Shown here: one piece after another, positions 55,281 to 56,659 of the stretch
Numbering within the stretch: position 1 is the first letter of the stretch
Layout of the letters: each line of letters opens with the position of its first letter
DNA from: a virus
Direction: 5' to 3' (one strand)
Length of the DNA stretch: 56,659 nt
Virus record (IMG/VR): IMGVR_UViG_3300027648_000002
Span: 1-56,659 of that record
Position numbers and translations under genes: made by a program
The notes under the pieces: generated by a model
What the model saw: only the letters and a program-made list of their open reading frames with translations
The model's database searches: none
What the model was told of the DNA's origin: nothing

Positions 55281-55607
55281 ATGACAGCAACCAGCCTAAC
55301 CGAAGCGCGCGACAAGATTCTCGCCAGTGTCGCGAGAGAGACGGGCGTCCCCGTGAGCGAGATCAGCGATCCGCGTGCGCGCGGGCGGCGAGCCGTCGAT
55401 GCTCGACACGTCGCAATGTGGGTGGTGCGGGAAGTAGGCGAGCAGGGTTATGAGGGTGACGAGACTGAGGTCTACGCGCTGTTCGGCACGAGACTGAGGA
55501 CGATCGATAAGGCATGCTCACGGGTCTACGAGACACCCTCGTTGCGCGGTCTAGCGAAACGCCTTCTCAACGAGCACCGGCCAGCCACAAGCCTCGGGGT
55601 CGGGTAG
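55281..55607 (+). CDS. DnaA domain-IV-like (Bac_DnaA_C) HTH DNA-binding protein
   Basis: ILASVARETGVPVSEISDPRARGRRAVDARHVAMWVVRE...ALFGTRLRTIDKACSRV parallels the DnaA C-terminal pattern. Confidence 0.65.
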   Translation: MTATSLTEARDKILASVARETGVPVSEISDPRARGRRAVDARHVAMWVVREVGEQGYEGDETEVYALFGTRLRTIDKACSRVYETPSLRGLAKRLLNEHRPATSLGVG

Positions 55608-55624
55608 CGATCTGTGGATCTACC

Positions 55625-55920
55625 ATGGCACGCCAATCCGCAGTTTGCGAGCGCCGTGGCCGGAAGATGCGGAAATGGCTCAAAGATCCACACCCCTATG
55701 ACTACAAGCTCTACACAGAGAATGGGTGGAGCAGTGGAACGAGCGACTACGGAGACCCACCGGGGGGGTGTCGGGGGGGTTTCGCAAACTGCGGAAACGC
55801 GCCCGCGGCGCCGAGCCCCGGCCTGCCACGATCAACACTCTCGAAGGAGGACACGCCCCATGTGCCGCCGCATTCGCCCCAGCGAGATCCGCCAAGCCAA
55901 ACGCTTCGGCCACGAACTGA
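55625..55920 (+). CDS. Possible gene needing a -1 shift at a G7 tract (frame B 55625 to about 55768, then frame C to 55920)
   Basis: Frame B has the best GC3 up to the G-runs but no stop until 56272. Frame C has high GC3 after them. Confidence 0.3.
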
Positions 55921-56078
55921 TCGATCCCGCCGTCGTGCAGCGCTACCGAGAGCAGGACCAACGACCAAGCTCGGCTGCGGTCGACGACTACGGAGCGACG
56001 CTCGACGCGCTCGCGGCCGACATGCGCGAGCACATCGACACCGCCTTCGACCGCGCCCTCGGTCAGGGGCGTCGCTAG
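55860..56078 (+). CDS. Hypothetical protein
   Basis: ATG with a GGAGGA RBS and very high GC3 (MCRRIRPSEIRQAKRFGHELIDPAVVQRY...). Confidence 0.55.
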   Translation: MCRRIRPSEIRQAKRFGHELIDPAVVQRYREQDQRPSSAAVDDYGATLDALAADMREHIDTAFDRALGQGRR

Positions 56079-56080
56079 CG

Positions 56081-56272
56081 ATGACCGCAGATGACGCACA
56101 TGACAAGCTCGTGCGGGCGCTCGAGCACTATGTGACACTCGGAGAACGAGCCGAGACCGATCGCCAGCTGCAAGTCGCGGAGCGGCTCGTGCAGCCCCTC
56201 GCACTCGTCTCGATCGCGTTCGAGCTGCGAGAGATCCGGGCCGCGCTACAGCCCATCAGCGTGCCGCGATGA
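56081..56272 (+). CDS. Hypothetical protein
   Basis: MTADDAHDKLVRALEHYVTLGERAETDRQL.... Confidence 0.5.
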   Translation: MTADDAHDKLVRALEHYVTLGERAETDRQLQVAERLVQPLALVSIAFELREIRAALQPISVPR

Positions 56273-56448
56273 CGAGCACCCGCAAGATCACCGTGGAACT
56301 GCACGCCGACACGCTCGAGAAGTGGCGGTCAGCGATCCAAGCCTTCGACGAGGCGCGCCCGTTGGCACGAGAGACCTACTCCGACGCTGACGTGCTCACG
56401 CGCTGCGCCTTCCGCGGCGCAGGCGAGTACGAAGACGAAAGCCGATGA
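56269..56448 (+). CDS. Hypothetical protein (59 aa)
   Basis: ATGA overlaps on both sides (MTSTRKITVELHADTLEKWRSAIQAFDEARP...). Confidence 0.45.
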   Translation: MTSTRKITVELHADTLEKWRSAIQAFDEARPLARETYSDADVLTRCAFRGAGEYEDESR

Positions 56449-56659
56449 CGGTCCAAGACTCAGCCGTCCTCGACGCTGTTGAGGCCGCCGCACGCGAGCC
56501 CGGCGGGGACTGGCCGACCGCGCGACAGATCTGCCGGCAGATGCCAGGCGTGAGCCCCAACATCGTCCACCGCAAGCTCGCCGAGTTGGTCGCAGGAGGA
56601 CAGCTCACTCGAGCTATGCGCGAACGCACGCCTCGCTACCGCGTCGCTCAATCGACGCA
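56445..56659 (+). CDS. 5-prime part of a junction-spanning gene for a hypothetical, possibly winged-helix DNA-binding protein; it continues at base 100
   Basis: ATG at 56445 overlaps the stop of the preceding ORF (ATGA). The frame stays open to the contig end and matches ORF-track 26..325. The joined product is 146 aa. Confidence 0.6.
   Translation, partial: MTVQDSAVLDAVEAAAREPGGDWPTARQICRQMPGVSPNIVHRKLAELVAGGQLTRAMRERTPRYRVAQST
56561..56659. repeat. Terminal overlap copy 2
   Basis: Identical to bases 1-99. Confidence 0.95.

Overview
The window is a complete, circularly closed, GC-rich dsDNA tailed-phage genome. Bases 1-99 repeat exactly at 56561-56659, so the unique length is 56,560 bp and one gene spans the junction. 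There are about 110 tightly packed genes, many with ATGA/GTGA start-stop overlaps, and nearly all lie on the minus strand as one long leftward array.

Reading from 55.0 kb down to 33 kb come small early and accessory genes:
- XRE-type and Cro-like HTH regulators
- a PD-(D/E)XK exonuclease
- a compact C5 DNA methyltransferase
- an ASCH protein
- many HNH/AP2 homing-endonuclease-like genes
- a lysis block (GH25 muramidase with a lipoprotein signal, holin-like TM proteins, a papain-like peptidase, an Rpf-like transglycosylase)

The virion genes follow, down to 2.2 kb:
- HNH, small and large terminase, portal, prohead protease
- two tandem HK97-fold capsid paralogs
- a 6.6-kb block of unknown virion genes that contains a GroES homologue
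- neck, sheath and tube
- a tail chaperone that appears to need a -1 frameshift
- tape measure and a Mu-type baseplate (gp43-48 order)

Plus-strand islands are:
- a promoter-driven operon that opens with a DnaA-domain-IV-like gene and crosses the junction
- a small serine recombinase flanked by repeated half-sites
- two signal-peptide proteins
- a two-gene cassette abutting terminase

I recognised no tRNA, rRNA, CRISPR array, integrase, DNA polymerase, helicase or primase. The host is inferred to be an actinobacterium, because the GroES is actinobacterial-type, an Rpf-like domain is present and GC3 is high.

The best candidates for something new:
1. A phage-borne assembly-chaperone toolkit. 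It combines GroES with DnaJ-type CxxCxGxG zinc fingers in both the prohead-protease N-extension and the frameshift extension of the tail chaperone, next to duplicated capsid genes.
2. A 529-aa virion protein built from about 15 copies of a 20-aa HGAG repeat.
3. Short sequence blocks reused at gene boundaries across the early region, including a methyltransferase bracketed by roughly 65-bp direct repeats.
4. Two recoding or indel candidates: twin G7 tracts, and a zinc-knuckle ORF abutting a start-less Rpf domain.

All function calls rest on motif recognition by eye. No database search was run.
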